Shown here in pieces: positions 48,851 to 60,062 of a stretch of 64,000 nt of DNA. Position numbers and translations under genes: made by a program. The notes below the pieces were generated by a model. That model had not been told where the DNA came from. It saw only the letters and a list, made by a program, of their open reading frames with translations, and made no database searches. Positions within the stretch are counted from its first letter, which is position 1. Each line of letters begins with the position of its first letter. Origin of the DNA: Candidatus Caccoplasma sp. (GTDB lineage Bacteria; Bacteroidota; Bacteroidia; Bacteroidales; G3-4614); contig JAZNCN010000012.1 in assembly GCA_045587545.1 (NCBI GenBank), forward strand, positions 17,159 through 81,158. The letters are read 5' to 3'.

Positions 48851-50341
48851 TTATTTTCCGCTTTTAAATAATCTCTTTATATCAAGAGTTTTAAGATATT
48901 CGTTATCATCGCGAGCATCTTCTTTTATAAATAAGAGAATATCGTTAAGAATAATCTGAGTATCACCACGAGGAACAATATATTTGTCTCCGCGACGAAT
49001 CATCATTACTAAAATATCTTTAGGAAGATTTATATCTCTAAGAGTATTGCCTTTGACTAAGAACTCTTCGGTAACCTTTAATTCTGTCAGCTTTGCTTTA
49101 ACTTCATCTGGTAGTGCTATATCAAATCCTTTCTCAACCTCTTTTGTCGATAATCCCAATATGTTAGCAGACCATGTAACGGTAGTACCTTGTATTACAA
49201 GAGAGATAATAGTTATTAGGAATACAATATTGAACATTATATTGGCATTTTCTAACCCTTCAACCATAGGGTATGTTGCAAATATAATAGGTACTGCACC
49301 TCTCAAGCCAACCCACGACACATATGTACGAGCTTTAAGAGACAGCCTTCTGAAAGGAGCAAGGCTCGCAAAAATAGCTATCGGACGAGATATAAAAATC
49401 ATTACAAAAGCAATTATAATACCCAATAAGGTTACGTCCCATAATTCGTGAGGGTTTACAAGAAGTCCAAGAGTAAGGAACATTACTATTTGAAACAGCC
49501 ATGCAACACCGTCAAAGAACGATACAAGTGTTCTTTTGTTGTATATTTTGTTGTTTCCGACCACCAATCCTGCCAAATAAACAGCCAAATAACCGTTGCC
49601 TCCGATAAAATCGGTAAAAGCAAAAACAAAGAAAACTAAGGCAAGTAGCAGAATAGAGTATAACGATTTGTTTTTAAGATTAATTCTGTTTATTGATATT
49701 ACAGTCAAACGACCAAGTAAATAACCTGATAGAGCGCCCACAATCATTTGAGTAAAGAATTTAATGACTGCTTCGCCAAAGTTTATGTCGCCCGAACTTA
49801 TCATTCCAATAAGAACAATGGTAAGAATGTATGCCATGGGGTCGTTACTTCCACTTTCCAATTCTAATAAAGGACGCAAATTCTCTTTAAGACCTTGTTT
49901 CTTAGTGCTGAATATTGAAAACACCGATGCCGAATCGGTTGAAGACATTATAGAAGCAAGCAATAACGATTCCAAAAAAGAAAAATTAATGCCAATAAGT
50001 TGTGTAATATAGAATATAATAGCACCTGTTATTCCGGCAGTCAGCAAAACACCGATAGTGGCAAGTGTTATACCTTCAAAAGCAACAGGTTTTATATCGT
50101 CGGTTTTAGTATCCATACCACCCGAAAATAGTATAATGCTTAACGCAATCATACCAATAAATTGAGCAACTGCGGGAGAATCAAACTGAATACCTACACC
50201 ATCACTTCCAAATATCATTCCTACCACAAGAAAAAGCAATAGAGTAGGAGTTCCTAATTTTGAGCTGAATTTACTTGCAATTATACTGACAAATAAGAGT
50301 ATTGACCCGACAAGTACGATATTTTCAGTGTCTAAAATCAT
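48851..50341 (-). CDS. cvrA: K+/H+ antiporter (CvrA/NhaP2) with TrkA-C domain
   Basis: SSTDSASVFS, LELESGSNDPMA, WVGLRGAVPIIFA, IVPRGDT. Confidence 0.88.
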   Translation of the reverse strand: MILDTENIVLVGSILLFVSIIASKFSSKLGTPTLLLFLVVGMIFGSDGVGIQFDSPAVAQFIGMIALSIILFSGGMDTKTDDIKPVAFEGITLATIGVLLTAGITGAIIFYITQLIGINFSFLESLLLASIMSSTDSASVFSIFSTKKQGLKENLRPLLELESGSNDPMAYILTIVLIGMISSGDINFGEAVIKFFTQMIVGALSGYLLGRLTVISINRINLKNKSLYSILLLALVFFVFAFTDFIGGNGYLAVYLAGLVVGNNKIYNKRTLVSFFDGVAWLFQIVMFLTLGLLVNPHELWDVTLLGIIIAFVMIFISRPIAIFASLAPFRRLSLKARTYVSWVGLRGAVPIIFATYPMVEGLENANIMFNIVFLITIISLVIQGTTVTWSANILGLSTKEVEKGFDIALPDEVKAKLTELKVTEEFLVKGNTLRDINLPKDILVMMIRRGDKYIVPRGDTQIILNDILLFIKEDARDDNEYLKTLDIKRLFKSGK

Positions 50342-50388
50342 CAGTTTCGGAAGTATGGAATTAATATAAATAATTTATTGTTAATAGT

Positions 50389-51303
50389 CTATTTTTCAAG
50401 AGTAAAAGATTTTTGTCCAATTAAATCTCCATCAGCAAAAATTTCAACGCGATATGTTCCCGGATAGAGATACTCTTCAACAGTCCAGAACATCTCTACG
50501 GCAGTCTCTTCACTATCATATGCAATAAGTTTCTTAATAGAATAATTTATTTCGCTATCCTCATAATTGAAAACATCAGATCTGTTTTTTATCAAAACGT
50601 CGTTGTCGGGTTTTATAATTCTTAAATATACAAACCTTTCACCTGCTTTTGCAGTGATATTTTTTGCTATTAAGAAATTTACCTGTATATATTCTATTTT
50701 GCTTATTTTTGATGTAGCCTTAGCTTTTTTGTTTAGTCCGGATATTGATATTGCAACAGCATCAAGCTTTGAGGCCAGAGTAACTTGGTGAGATAATTCC
50801 TCTTTATCCTTTTGTAGTTGAGACGCAGTCTCTGCTACCTCTTTGTATTTAGAGCTAACCTCTTTATTTTCAGCAACTAATTTTTGATTAAGAGCATTTA
50901 AAGAGTCTATTTGTATTAAATAGCCTTTCATTACGCTTCTTAACGTACTCAACTCTTTTTTTAGTTCATCAATACGTTTGGCATCTGAAGCTTTGGTAGT
51001 TCTTAACTCTTCCAATAGACGTTGAACCTTAAGTTTTTCATTCTCAAGTTGTTTTATAAGCGAGTCGTTACGGATAAACATTTTACTACCCTCAAATTGG
51101 TCATATTCATAAGCGAGGTTTGCGTATTCTGCCTCTAATGCTCTCTTTTCCTCTTCTATTGCAATTTGGGTTTTTATATTGTTCATTTCGTTGTGTTGAG
51201 AAATTATCATATATAATGCAAATCCCAATATAAGAGCCAGACCTATGCTTACAAAAATCCAAATACCGAATTTCTCTTTTATGTTTTTAATACGTTCTTT
51301 CAT
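50389..51303 (-). CDS. Membrane-anchored coiled-coil hypothetical protein
   Basis: One N-terminal TM, long coiled coil and a C-terminal beta domain (PGTYRVEIFADG). Confidence 0.75.
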   Translation of the reverse strand: MKERIKNIKEKFGIWIFVSIGLALILGFALYMIISQHNEMNNIKTQIAIEEEKRALEAEYANLAYEYDQFEGSKMFIRNDSLIKQLENEKLKVQRLLEELRTTKASDAKRIDELKKELSTLRSVMKGYLIQIDSLNALNQKLVAENKEVSSKYKEVAETASQLQKDKEELSHQVTLASKLDAVAISISGLNKKAKATSKISKIEYIQVNFLIAKNITAKAGERFVYLRIIKPDNDVLIKNRSDVFNYEDSEINYSIKKLIAYDSEETAVEMFWTVEEYLYPGTYRVEIFADGDLIGQKSFTLEK

Positions 51304-51448
51304 GGTAAAATATGCAATAATTATTTACAAAGGTAATAAAAATAGAGTTATAAACAATCTACTTAACTCTAATTAACGCGCTAAAAAACATATTACTTTG
51401 AAAAACCAAACAAAATGGTTAACTTCGCATCTCAAACAGCTTAAATAT

Positions 51449-52042
51449 ATGATCAAGGGTGTAATTACTTTCTTTAAAAATCATCGGATTTTGCGTCATC
51501 TGCTTTATATTTTTGTAGTAACGATGCTATTATTATCTGTGGCAGTTTATATGATGGATAAATATACGCAACATGGTGTAGCCGTAACAGTTCCTGAGAT
51601 AAAAAATTTAACTGTTGAAGAGGCTATGCCGATTTTGGAGCGCTACGGATTAAATTGCCAAATAATAGATTCCTTGTATGACGGCAAATTGCGTCCCGGA
51701 ATAATAATAGAGCAGACTCCACGAGAAGGGACAACTGTAAAACAGAAAAAAGCGGTATATGTAGTTATAAATTCAAAGATGCCTCGTCAAATTCCATTTC
51801 CGGAGTTAAAAGATATATCATATAGACAAGCAACCTCTTTGTTACAGGGATTAGGCTTTCCTGCTCCACAAATAGTATATGTTCCTTCAGTTTATAAAGA
51901 TTTAGTAATAGGTGCTTCATATAAGGGGAGGACAGTATTTGCAGGTGAAAAATTTCCTATAACAACAATATTTACTCTTACCGTAGGGTGTGGCGATAAT
52001 GAATTACCGGTTGATACCCTTTCTGTTGATGTTGGAATATAA
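51449..52042 (+). CDS. PASTA-domain protein
   Basis: TM, then YTQHGVAVTVPEIKNL...IIEQTP and a second repeat FPELKDISYRQA. Confidence 0.85.
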   Translation: MIKGVITFFKNHRILRHLLYIFVVTMLLLSVAVYMMDKYTQHGVAVTVPEIKNLTVEEAMPILERYGLNCQIIDSLYDGKLRPGIIIEQTPREGTTVKQKKAVYVVINSKMPRQIPFPELKDISYRQATSLLQGLGFPAPQIVYVPSVYKDLVIGASYKGRTVFAGEKFPITTIFTLTVGCGDNELPVDTLSVDVGI

Positions 52043-52053
52043 AACAATCCTTT

Positions 52054-53115
52054 ATGATACAAGAAGCAGATAATAATCATGCAGACGAGGATTTGTCTGC
52101 ATATGAAGCCGACGAAAATGGAATGTATGAACATTTCCGTTTTGTAGCAGATAAAGGGCAAGGGTTGTTGCGCGTAGATAAATTTCTTGTAGCCCGAATG
52201 GAGGGGACATCTCGTAATAGAGTTCAGCAATCAGCCGAGGCGGGGTGTATATTAGTAAATGGCAAATCCGTAAAATCTAATTACAGAGTAAAGCCTGACG
52301 ATGTTGTAACTATTGTAATGGATCGTCCTCGCTATGAGAATGAGATAATCCCACAAGACATTCCACTTGATGTTGTTTACGAAGATAACGATGTGTTGGT
52401 AATAAACAAACCTCCGGGATTTGTTGTTCACCCGGGACATGGAAATAAAGACGGAACATTGGTTAATGCATTAGCATATTATTTTAGAAATAATCCCGAT
52501 TTTGATGTAAGCGATCCACGTCTGGGCTTGGTTCATCGTATTGATAAAGACACATCGGGCCTTTTAGTAGTTGCAAAAACACCTAATGCAAAAACATCTC
52601 TTGGCAGACAATTTCATGATAAGACAACGTTTCGTCGATACAATGCCTTGGTGTGGGGTAAAATAGAAGATGATGAAGGGACTGTCGAAGGGAACATTGG
52701 AAGAGACTTGCGCGATCGTTTACAGATGGCAGTTTTCCCGAACGGAGAGTATGGCAAGCATGCCGTAACCCATTATAAAGTATTGGAACGTTTTGGTTAT
52801 GTAACCCTTGTAGAGTGTCAATTGGAAACAGGACGAACACACCAAATAAGGGTACATATGAAACATATAGGACATATCTTATTTAATGATGCAAGATATG
52901 GAGGAACACAGATTTTAAAAGGAGTTTCAACAGCGAAATACAAACAATTTGTGCAAAACTGTTTTGATTTGTGTCCACGTCAAGCGCTACATGCTAAAAC
53001 ATTAGGGTTTACGCACCCGGTAACAGGTGAGCAGTTGCATTTTAACTCCGAACTACCGCAAGATATGCAGAGCCTCATAGAAAAATGGCGGAATTATAGT
53101 AGAGAAAAATTTTAA
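52054..53115 (+). CDS. rluD: RluA-family 23S rRNA pseudouridine synthase (RluD-like)
   Basis: S4 domain, NKPPGFVVHPG, VHRIDKDTSG, LETGRTHQIRVH. Confidence 0.92.
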   Translation: MIQEADNNHADEDLSAYEADENGMYEHFRFVADKGQGLLRVDKFLVARMEGTSRNRVQQSAEAGCILVNGKSVKSNYRVKPDDVVTIVMDRPRYENEIIPQDIPLDVVYEDNDVLVINKPPGFVVHPGHGNKDGTLVNALAYYFRNNPDFDVSDPRLGLVHRIDKDTSGLLVVAKTPNAKTSLGRQFHDKTTFRRYNALVWGKIEDDEGTVEGNIGRDLRDRLQMAVFPNGEYGKHAVTHYKVLERFGYVTLVECQLETGRTHQIRVHMKHIGHILFNDARYGGTQILKGVSTAKYKQFVQNCFDLCPRQALHAKTLGFTHPVTGEQLHFNSELPQDMQSLIEKWRNYSREKF

Positions 53116-53212
53116 AAATTATATATAAATAGTTACTTTTGTAAATATCTTATTTAAAAGAATATTTAAATCCTGGTGTAAAAGGTTTATAAATAGAGCT
53201 TTGAGAGAATAA

Positions 53213-54199
53213 ATGAAGAAAAGACGAATAGCGATAGTTGCAGGAGGATACTCATCAGAATATCCCGTATCAATAAAAAGTGCGCAGGGAATAAAAACAT
53301 TTCTTGAGAAAACACCATATGAAACCTATGTGGTGCGAATAACTCGGGATTTATGGGAGGTGGAGTTATCTGATGGAACTACATCGGAGATAGATAAAAA
53401 TGATTTCTCTTTTGTTGAAGGCTCACACATCAAACAATTTGATTTTGCATATATAACAATACATGGAGTTCCGGGAGAAAATGGAGCATTGCAGGGATAC
53501 TTTGATATGATAGGTATGCCATATTCATGTTGTGGAGTATTTGCAGCATCTTTAACAGCAAACAAATATGCATGCAATCAATATCTCGCAAAATTTGGAG
53601 TAAAAATATCTCCTGCAAAAATGATACGTCAGGGAGAGGCATATTCAGTATCAGAAATAGCAAATGAGGTAACACTGCCATGTTTTGTAAAACCGAACGA
53701 AGGAGGCTCAAGTTGTGCAACAACAAAAGTCAAAGAGGCAGAAGAACTCCAAACCGCAATAGAGAAAGCATTTACCGAAGGCGGAAATGTTATAGTTGAA
53801 AAATTTATGCAAGGGACCGAAGTTACATGTGGCTGTTACAAAACATCAGAAAAAACAGTTACATTACCAATAACAGAGGTTGTGAGCAAGAATGAATTTT
53901 TTGATTATGAGGCAAAATATACAGCTTCAAAAGTTGAAGAGATAACACCGGCAAGAATATCAGAAGAGATAGCTAATAAGATATCAGCGACAACTTCTAA
54001 AATATATGATATTATTGGAGCAAAAGGAATAATACGAGTTGATTATATTATAATAGGGGAAGAACCATACTTGTTAGAGGTTAATACTACGCCCGGAATG
54101 ACGGTTACTTCGTTTATACCGCAGCAGATACGGGCAATACAATTAGAACCGGGCGATGTTCTTTCTGAAATAATAGAAGATGCTTTGCGAACAAAATAA
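53213..54199 (+). CDS. ddl: D-alanine--D-alanine ligase
   Basis: GGYSSEYPVS, IHGVPGENG, VKPNEGGSS, FDYEAKY, EVNTTPGMT. Confidence 0.95.
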   Translation: MKKRRIAIVAGGYSSEYPVSIKSAQGIKTFLEKTPYETYVVRITRDLWEVELSDGTTSEIDKNDFSFVEGSHIKQFDFAYITIHGVPGENGALQGYFDMIGMPYSCCGVFAASLTANKYACNQYLAKFGVKISPAKMIRQGEAYSVSEIANEVTLPCFVKPNEGGSSCATTKVKEAEELQTAIEKAFTEGGNVIVEKFMQGTEVTCGCYKTSEKTVTLPITEVVSKNEFFDYEAKYTASKVEEITPARISEEIANKISATTSKIYDIIGAKGIIRVDYIIIGEEPYLLEVNTTPGMTVTSFIPQQIRAIQLEPGDVLSEIIEDALRTK

Positions 54200-54243
54200 T
54201 TGATTGTATTGATAAAACTAAAGGAAATAATAAGCTATTCAAT

Positions 54244-55377
54244 ATGGATAATTTTGAAGATATAAGACCATTTACTCCGGAAGAGGTACCGGCAGCAGTG
54301 CAAGAATTGATGAAAGAGGAGTATTTTCAAAAGGCAGCATCGCATGTCGTTCCGGATCTTAATCTTTTTTTGCAGCAGTTTGCAACAATAAAGACAACTG
54401 ATGATTTTCAAGAAAAGGCTCTCTTCCCATTGTTGAAATGGCTTATAAGTGTTGTTTCTGATACATTTGAAGGTTCAGGATTTTCTAATATAGAACTAAA
54501 TAAGGCCTACACATATGTCTCAAATCACCGAGATATACTAACTGATGCAACATTCTTGTCGTTGTTGTTAACAAAAAACGGAATTGAGTCTCCCGAAATG
54601 GCTTTAGGCGATAATCTATTGGTATATCCATGGATGAAAACATTAGTTCGTTTAACAAAAGGAATTACTGTATATCGTAATTTGCCTTTAAAAAGAACTT
54701 TACAAGAGGCGCATCGTCTTTCTGGATATATAAATTATGCTATACAAGAAAAAGGCAGTTCTGTTTGGATTGCACAACGAGAGGGAAGAGCAAAAAATTC
54801 AGATGACAGAACCCAAGAGAGTGTCCTAAAAATGCTTGTATTAGAAGGACGCGGGGATATGCGAAGCAATGTTATGGCATTAAATATAGTCCCTGTCTCA
54901 ATCTCATATGAATATGATGCATGCGACTATTTAAAGGCTCGCGAATTTCAATTAAAACGCGATAACTCAGAATTTAAAAAGAGTCCCAAAGATGACATGG
55001 ATAGTATGAAAACAGGTCTTATGTCAAGAAAAGGGAAGATAAATTTTGTAATAGCAAAACCAATTAACGAGAAAGTTGCTGCATTGCCTGAAGATATATC
55101 AAAGGCTGAATTTTATGCAGCAGTAGCAAATATTATAGACGAATCAATACACGAAGGATATGTGTTGTATCCCATAAATTATGCAGCCTACGATTTGCTG
55201 AATGGGACAGAACGTTTTGTCGAAAATTACACGGCAGAAGAGAAAGATAATTTTGCGAGGTATGTTGATGGGCAAATAGCTAAAATTCAAGATTTACCAT
55301 CTCCTGACTACAATTTCTTGCGAGAGAAGATTTTAGAGATGTATGCTAATCCCTTGAAAAATAAATTAAAAATATAA
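54244..55377 (+). CDS. Glycerol-phosphate/lysophospholipid acyltransferase family protein
   Basis: SNHRDILTD (HxxxxD), GDNL, WIAQREGRAK. Confidence 0.88.
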   Translation: MDNFEDIRPFTPEEVPAAVQELMKEEYFQKAASHVVPDLNLFLQQFATIKTTDDFQEKALFPLLKWLISVVSDTFEGSGFSNIELNKAYTYVSNHRDILTDATFLSLLLTKNGIESPEMALGDNLLVYPWMKTLVRLTKGITVYRNLPLKRTLQEAHRLSGYINYAIQEKGSSVWIAQREGRAKNSDDRTQESVLKMLVLEGRGDMRSNVMALNIVPVSISYEYDACDYLKAREFQLKRDNSEFKKSPKDDMDSMKTGLMSRKGKINFVIAKPINEKVAALPEDISKAEFYAAVANIIDESIHEGYVLYPINYAAYDLLNGTERFVENYTAEEKDNFARYVDGQIAKIQDLPSPDYNFLREKILEMYANPLKNKLKI

Positions 55378-55416
55378 TTTTTGCTAAAAGAATAGGGGCG
55401 AACAGAAGAATATAAT

Positions 55417-56028
55417 TTATAGGGAAGGTTCAGTTGAGCCTTCCCTTATAATTTCGGGATAATCAGACGTACAATCTATAATGGCAGAAGCTTCATATCC
55501 TCCAATACCTCCATCAACAATAATCTCTGCGATATTTTCATATATCTCGGCAATTAGTTCAGGATTGGTATAGTACTCCACTTCAGAGTTATTACTCCTT
55601 AAAGATGTGGTAAGAAGAGGATTTCCAAGCCTCTCAGCAATTTTAACGGGGATAGAATTAGCAGGTATTCTAACACCCACACTTTTTCTGTTTTTGTATA
55701 ATTTAGGTAGCCCTCCTGCGGTTGGAAGGATAAAAGTAAACGGACCGGGTAGATTTTTTCGTAAGATTTTAAAATAGTTATCACTTATTTTTACATATTT
55801 GCTAAGAGAACTCAAATCTGCACCAATAATTGATAAATTTGATTTTAGAGGATTTATGCCTTTAAATTCACAAATACGTTCAACGGCTCTTACATTAAGA
55901 GCATCGCACCCCATTGCATATACAGTGTCGGTCGGGTATATTATAACCGCACCATCTCGCAATTTAGAGACAATATTATCCAAATCTCGGTCGTTGGTCT
56001 CCTTCTCGTAAAGTCGTATAGTTTTCAC
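55417..56028 (-). CDS. Sua5/YciO/YrdC family protein (threonylcarbamoyl-AMP synthase-like)
   Basis: IIYPTDTVYAMGC, LPGPFTFIL, VGVRIP. Confidence 0.9.
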   Translation of the reverse strand: MKTIRLYEKETNDRDLDNIVSKLRDGAVIIYPTDTVYAMGCDALNVRAVERICEFKGINPLKSNLSIIGADLSSLSKYVKISDNYFKILRKNLPGPFTFILPTAGGLPKLYKNRKSVGVRIPANSIPVKIAERLGNPLLTTSLRSNNSEVEYYTNPELIAEIYENIAEIIVDGGIGGYEASAIIDCTSDYPEIIREGSTEPSL

Positions 56029-56037
56029 ATTAAAATC

Positions 56038-57255
56038 TTACTCAATACCATGCAGATTGTGTCCCATACGCTCCTTTTTTGTCTTCATATAGAACTCATT
56101 AAAGGGGTTGGTCTTAACCTCTATAGGTACAATTTCTGTTATTTCAATTCCATAACCTTCAAGACCGATACGCTTAACAGGGTTATTTGTCATTAATCTT
56201 AGCTTTCTTATTCCCAATTCCCTTAAAATATTGGCACCAACACCATAATCGCGTTCATCAGCCCTAAATCCTAAGTGAAGATTTGCATCAACCGTATCGT
56301 AACCGTTTTCTTGAAGTTTATAAGCTTTTATCTTGTTCATTAAGCCAATACCACGTCCCTCTTGGCTCATATAAACAATAGCCCCTTTGCCCTCTTTCTC
56401 AATAGTCTCCATGGCTTTGTGCAGTTGCTCGCCACATTCACATCGCATTGAACCAAAAATGTCTCCTGTCATACAAGAAGAGTGAACTCTGGCTAAAACC
56501 GGTTCGTCTTCGTTCCACTCACCTTTTATAAGGGCTATGTGTTCTGCTCCGTTTGAAGTTTGTCTAAAAGGAATTAATTTGAAATGTCCCCATTGAGTGG
56601 GCATCTCAACCTCTTCGCCTCTCTCTACCAACGACTCTTTCTTTAGACGATAAGCAATTAAATCTTTAATAGAGATGATTTTTAATCCCCATTTTTTTGC
56701 AACCTCTTTTAATTGAGGAAGGCGAGCCATGGTTCCGTCCTCGTTAATAATTTCTATAAGAGCTGCCGCAGGATAAAGTCCCGCAAGGCGAGCAAGATCA
56801 ACAGCTGCTTCAGTGTGTCCTGCTCTGCAGAGAACTCCACGAGAACGAGCTCTTAGAGGAGAAACGTGTCCCGGGCGCCCCAAATCAGAAGGTTTGGTTT
56901 CGGGATTTGCCAACGCTTTAATAGTCTCAGCCCGGTCAAACATAGAAACACCGGTGGTGCAACCACCACCTATTTTATCAACCATAACGGTGAAAGGGGT
57001 TTCATGAATAGATGTGTTGTTGCTAACCTGCATCGGAAGTTCAAGTTCTGTACAACGCTCTTCAGTAATAGGTGCACACAGAACGCCTCTTCCGTATGTC
57101 ATCATAAAATTGACCTTTTCTGGAGTTATCTTTTCTGCGGCAATAATAAAATCACCTTCATTCTCTCTGTCTTCGTCGTCAACTACAATAACAAACTTTC
57201 CCTCTTTAAAATCAACAAGAGCCTCTTCAATAGAATTCAACATTATATCTTCCAT
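56038..57255 (-). CDS. ribBA: Bifunctional DHBP synthase / GTP cyclohydrolase II
   Basis: [52 protein letters not shown]. Confidence 0.96.
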   Translation of the reverse strand: MEDIMLNSIEEALVDFKEGKFVIVVDDEDRENEGDFIIAAEKITPEKVNFMMTYGRGVLCAPITEERCTELELPMQVSNNTSIHETPFTVMVDKIGGGCTTGVSMFDRAETIKALANPETKPSDLGRPGHVSPLRARSRGVLCRAGHTEAAVDLARLAGLYPAAALIEIINEDGTMARLPQLKEVAKKWGLKIISIKDLIAYRLKKESLVERGEEVEMPTQWGHFKLIPFRQTSNGAEHIALIKGEWNEDEPVLARVHSSCMTGDIFGSMRCECGEQLHKAMETIEKEGKGAIVYMSQEGRGIGLMNKIKAYKLQENGYDTVDANLHLGFRADERDYGVGANILRELGIRKLRLMTNNPVKRIGLEGYGIEITEIVPIEVKTNPFNEFYMKTKKERMGHNLHGIE

Positions 57256-57259
57256 AATT

Positions 57260-59167
57260 TTAAACATTTTCCTTATACTCTTTTTCAACTAATGTTTTAA
57301 TATCTTTATTCGTTTTTCTGATAAGGGCAAATTCTCGTCTAAGGAGCTTTTGCTCATATATACCTATGAGATATACAGGAACAGATAGCGGTAAAAGTAT
57401 TGCTATAATAATTCCTAACCTTTTGTTTTTACATGGGTAGTATAAAAGTAGGTTTCTAAGAATAGGATAATCCATAAGTTTAAGAACAACGAGTCTTGAT
57501 TTTGAGTATTGAGCATATTCTACAAAATCTTCAAGGTTATCCCTTAGTTCGTCAAGCAACATTTTATTGTATCCCTTTTGCCAATATGTAATAAAACTTT
57601 GGCGCTTATTTCCGCAATCATTTTGTATATTTTCGCAGAGTTTGTCCAAAATATCAACTCTCTTCATTAGCTCATCTTCGTGCACATCTATCATAGCAAC
57701 CTCTTTCATTTCAACCTTTCTTGCAGTATGTCTGCCAAATAGCTTTCTAAAGAAGTTCATGTAGGCGTCTTTGTTGAATACTGCCGAATCATTTACAGCC
57801 TTATATGTGAAAAATATACCCAAAGGAAGTAATACGGCAGAGCTAAGCCATAAACCTTGCCAAACCTCCCAAACGCCATCTCTTGCCATTTTATATGCAG
57901 AGTTGTCAATTATATAGTAGAAAATAAACAGTATTACCGAAACAACAATTGGAGTGCCCAAGCCACCTCTGCCAATTATAGCACCAAGAGGAGCGCCAAT
58001 AAAGAAAAATATAAGGCAGGCAAAAGAGAGTGTGAATTTTTTGTGCATCTCTATTTCATGTCGGCGTATCAGATTTTTTTGCTCATTTGCCCTATAGCTT
58101 TTAAACTCATACTCTTGTTTAATAGTTCTTGCTTTGTTTAAGGCTCTGTTGGTCCAATTCTCTCGTTCTTGAACAGAAGCTGTTGAGTATGCGTTTTTTA
58201 TATCAAAATTACTTAAAGATATGGTTTGGGAAGATGGTTGGCTTGAAGATGTAGTTCTCTCTAATATATTGTAATACGACGAGGTTTTAAGCTCATTTCC
58301 TATGCTTGACCCTATGCTGTCAACAATTGATGTCATTGAATCAACAGCCTGTTTAAGTTCTGCAATATTCTTACCGACATACTTGTCAGACATTGTGCTT
58401 TCGTCAAGTCTGTTGAATCCGGCATCAAAAGGAATTAAAATCTCTTTTCTTGAAAAAGTTTCTCTTCTATATGGTACAATCGTAGAAGATGCCTCTTGAG
58501 ATTTTAAATTTTCAAAAGACTCTCCGCTCTCAAGTGTTAAAAACAGGAAATGGTTATCGTCTGTAAATTTAAGATTACCCGAATCGGCAAGAATAATCAT
58601 CGCATTCTCTGCTCCTTTTGAAATATCATATATGATAATATCATACATCATATTTTTTTTATTGTCTTTCTCTCTTACGAATATATTGTAACCTTCAATT
58701 TGGTTATAAAATACGCCTTCGGGAATTTCAAGAGCAGGAGATTTCTGCTTCATAGAGTAGAGCAGAGTCCACATTTTTACTTGAATGGTAGGTAAGAGGT
58801 TGTTTTGAAAGAAAAAAGCACCAGTCGCAATAAATATTATTGTAACAATTAGCGGACGCATAATTTTTATAAGAGAAACGCCAGATGCTTTTATTGCTAA
58901 TAATTCAAAGCGTTCACTTAAATTACCGAAAGTCATTAAAGAAGCTAACAGAATAGCCAATGGCAGAGCAAGTGGCACCATACTCATGGCGGCATAAAAA
59001 AACATCTCTGCAAGCACGCCTATCTCCAATCCTTTACCAACAAAATCCTTTATATGTTGCCATATAAATTGCATTAGTACAATAAAAAGACATATCATAA
59101 ATGTCATAAGGACAAGAGGAAGAAATGTCTTCAATATAAACAGATATAGCCTTTTTATTTTTAACAT
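57260..59167 (-). CDS. LptF/LptG family LPS export permease
   Basis: 3 N-terminal TMs, [12 protein letters not shown], periplasmic domain, [11 protein letters not shown]-terminal TMs. Confidence 0.9.
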   Translation of the reverse strand: MLKIKRLYLFILKTFLPLVLMTFMICLFIVLMQFIWQHIKDFVGKGLEIGVLAEMFFYAAMSMVPLALPLAILLASLMTFGNLSERFELLAIKASGVSLIKIMRPLIVTIIFIATGAFFFQNNLLPTIQVKMWTLLYSMKQKSPALEIPEGVFYNQIEGYNIFVREKDNKKNMMYDIIIYDISKGAENAMIILADSGNLKFTDDNHFLFLTLESGESFENLKSQEASSTIVPYRRETFSRKEILIPFDAGFNRLDESTMSDKYVGKNIAELKQAVDSMTSIVDSIGSSIGNELKTSSYYNILERTTSSSQPSSQTISLSNFDIKNAYSTASVQERENWTNRALNKARTIKQEYEFKSYRANEQKNLIRRHEIEMHKKFTLSFACLIFFFIGAPLGAIIGRGGLGTPIVVSVILFIFYYIIDNSAYKMARDGVWEVWQGLWLSSAVLLPLGIFFTYKAVNDSAVFNKDAYMNFFRKLFGRHTARKVEMKEVAMIDVHEDELMKRVDILDKLCENIQNDCGNKRQSFITYWQKGYNKMLLDELRDNLEDFVEYAQYSKSRLVVLKLMDYPILRNLLLYYPCKNKRLGIIIAILLPLSVPVYLIGIYEQKLLRREFALIRKTNKDIKTLVEKEYKENV

Positions 59168-59268
59168 ACCTCAGTTAGTAATGATTTATTGTGGCGCGAA
59201 GATAGCAAAAAATTACCATTTATCCCCTATTTTTACCTTATATATAATGTATAAATAAGAAATAAATA

Positions 59269-59652
59269 TTATGCTCCGAGTTTTTTCCTTAATATTGATA
59301 CCTGCTCATTCCATAAATTAATAAGATCGTCATGTTCCTCCCCATTGGCAAAGTCGGTAATAATAAGGGTGGTATCTTTAGTTAATTCATTAGAAGTGAT
59401 TTTAAATTCAAAGTAGTGTTTTTTGAACTCTTCGTCGTCCCATCTTAATTTCAGGGATACTCCATTCTTTATACTAATTTGGGTTGCATCTCTTTTCTCT
59501 CCATTCCATGAAAATGTATATGATTTGCCATTTATGCTTACTTTGTCGGCAAACCAAGTAGAGAGCCCGTCGGGAGTGTGTATATATTCCCAAAGCAAAG
59601 ATGCCGAAATATTATTGAAGTTGTATTCAATGGAAAAGATTGTTTCGTTCAT
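59269..59652 (-). CDS. START-like domain protein
   Basis: LWEYIHTPDGLSTWFADKV...FEFKI...LIITDFA...LWNEQ. Confidence 0.82.
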   Translation of the reverse strand: MNETIFSIEYNFNNISASLLWEYIHTPDGLSTWFADKVSINGKSYTFSWNGEKRDATQISIKNGVSLKLRWDDEEFKKHYFEFKITSNELTKDTTLIITDFANGEEHDDLINLWNEQVSILRKKLGA

Positions 59653-59824
59653 AACGGTTAGTTTGCTATAAGGTTAGAGAGATGGTTAACAATTTTATAT
59701 TTTTTGGAATTATTTTTTGTTTCTTTGCGAATATATAAATAAAAATTTTTATTTGCTAAATCTCGCTAATAATTTTTTGTCATAAATTTTTATTGTAAAA
59801 CTACCTATATATTGAAAAAATATC

Positions 59825-59832
59825 TATATTTG
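59825..59832 (+). promoter_or_regulatory. -7 promoter box upstream of susC
   Basis: TATATTTG followed by CA, ~230 nt before the ATG. Confidence 0.5.
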
Positions 59833-60062
59833 CAAACAATAATAACTTCTCTGAGGAGTGTCTTTGTTAAATAGTAATGCGTAGTTAAGTTAAATTTAAC
59901 AGGCTGTCTTTTGGGAGTTTGTGGTTTGTAATCGCTTGATAATATTGCTGTTGAGGAGCTTTTGGGTCTTGTGTCTCTATGGTGATATAGTTAGAGGATT
60001 AATCGGTTTTTTTAAGAAAACAGAATAAAATATTATTATATATTAACAACAAAAACATATTT

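Noticed and set aside
59845-59890. TPP-riboswitch-like words (ctgag, gtaatgcgtag)
   Set aside because: The conserved spacing and helices of the TPP aptamer could not be built.
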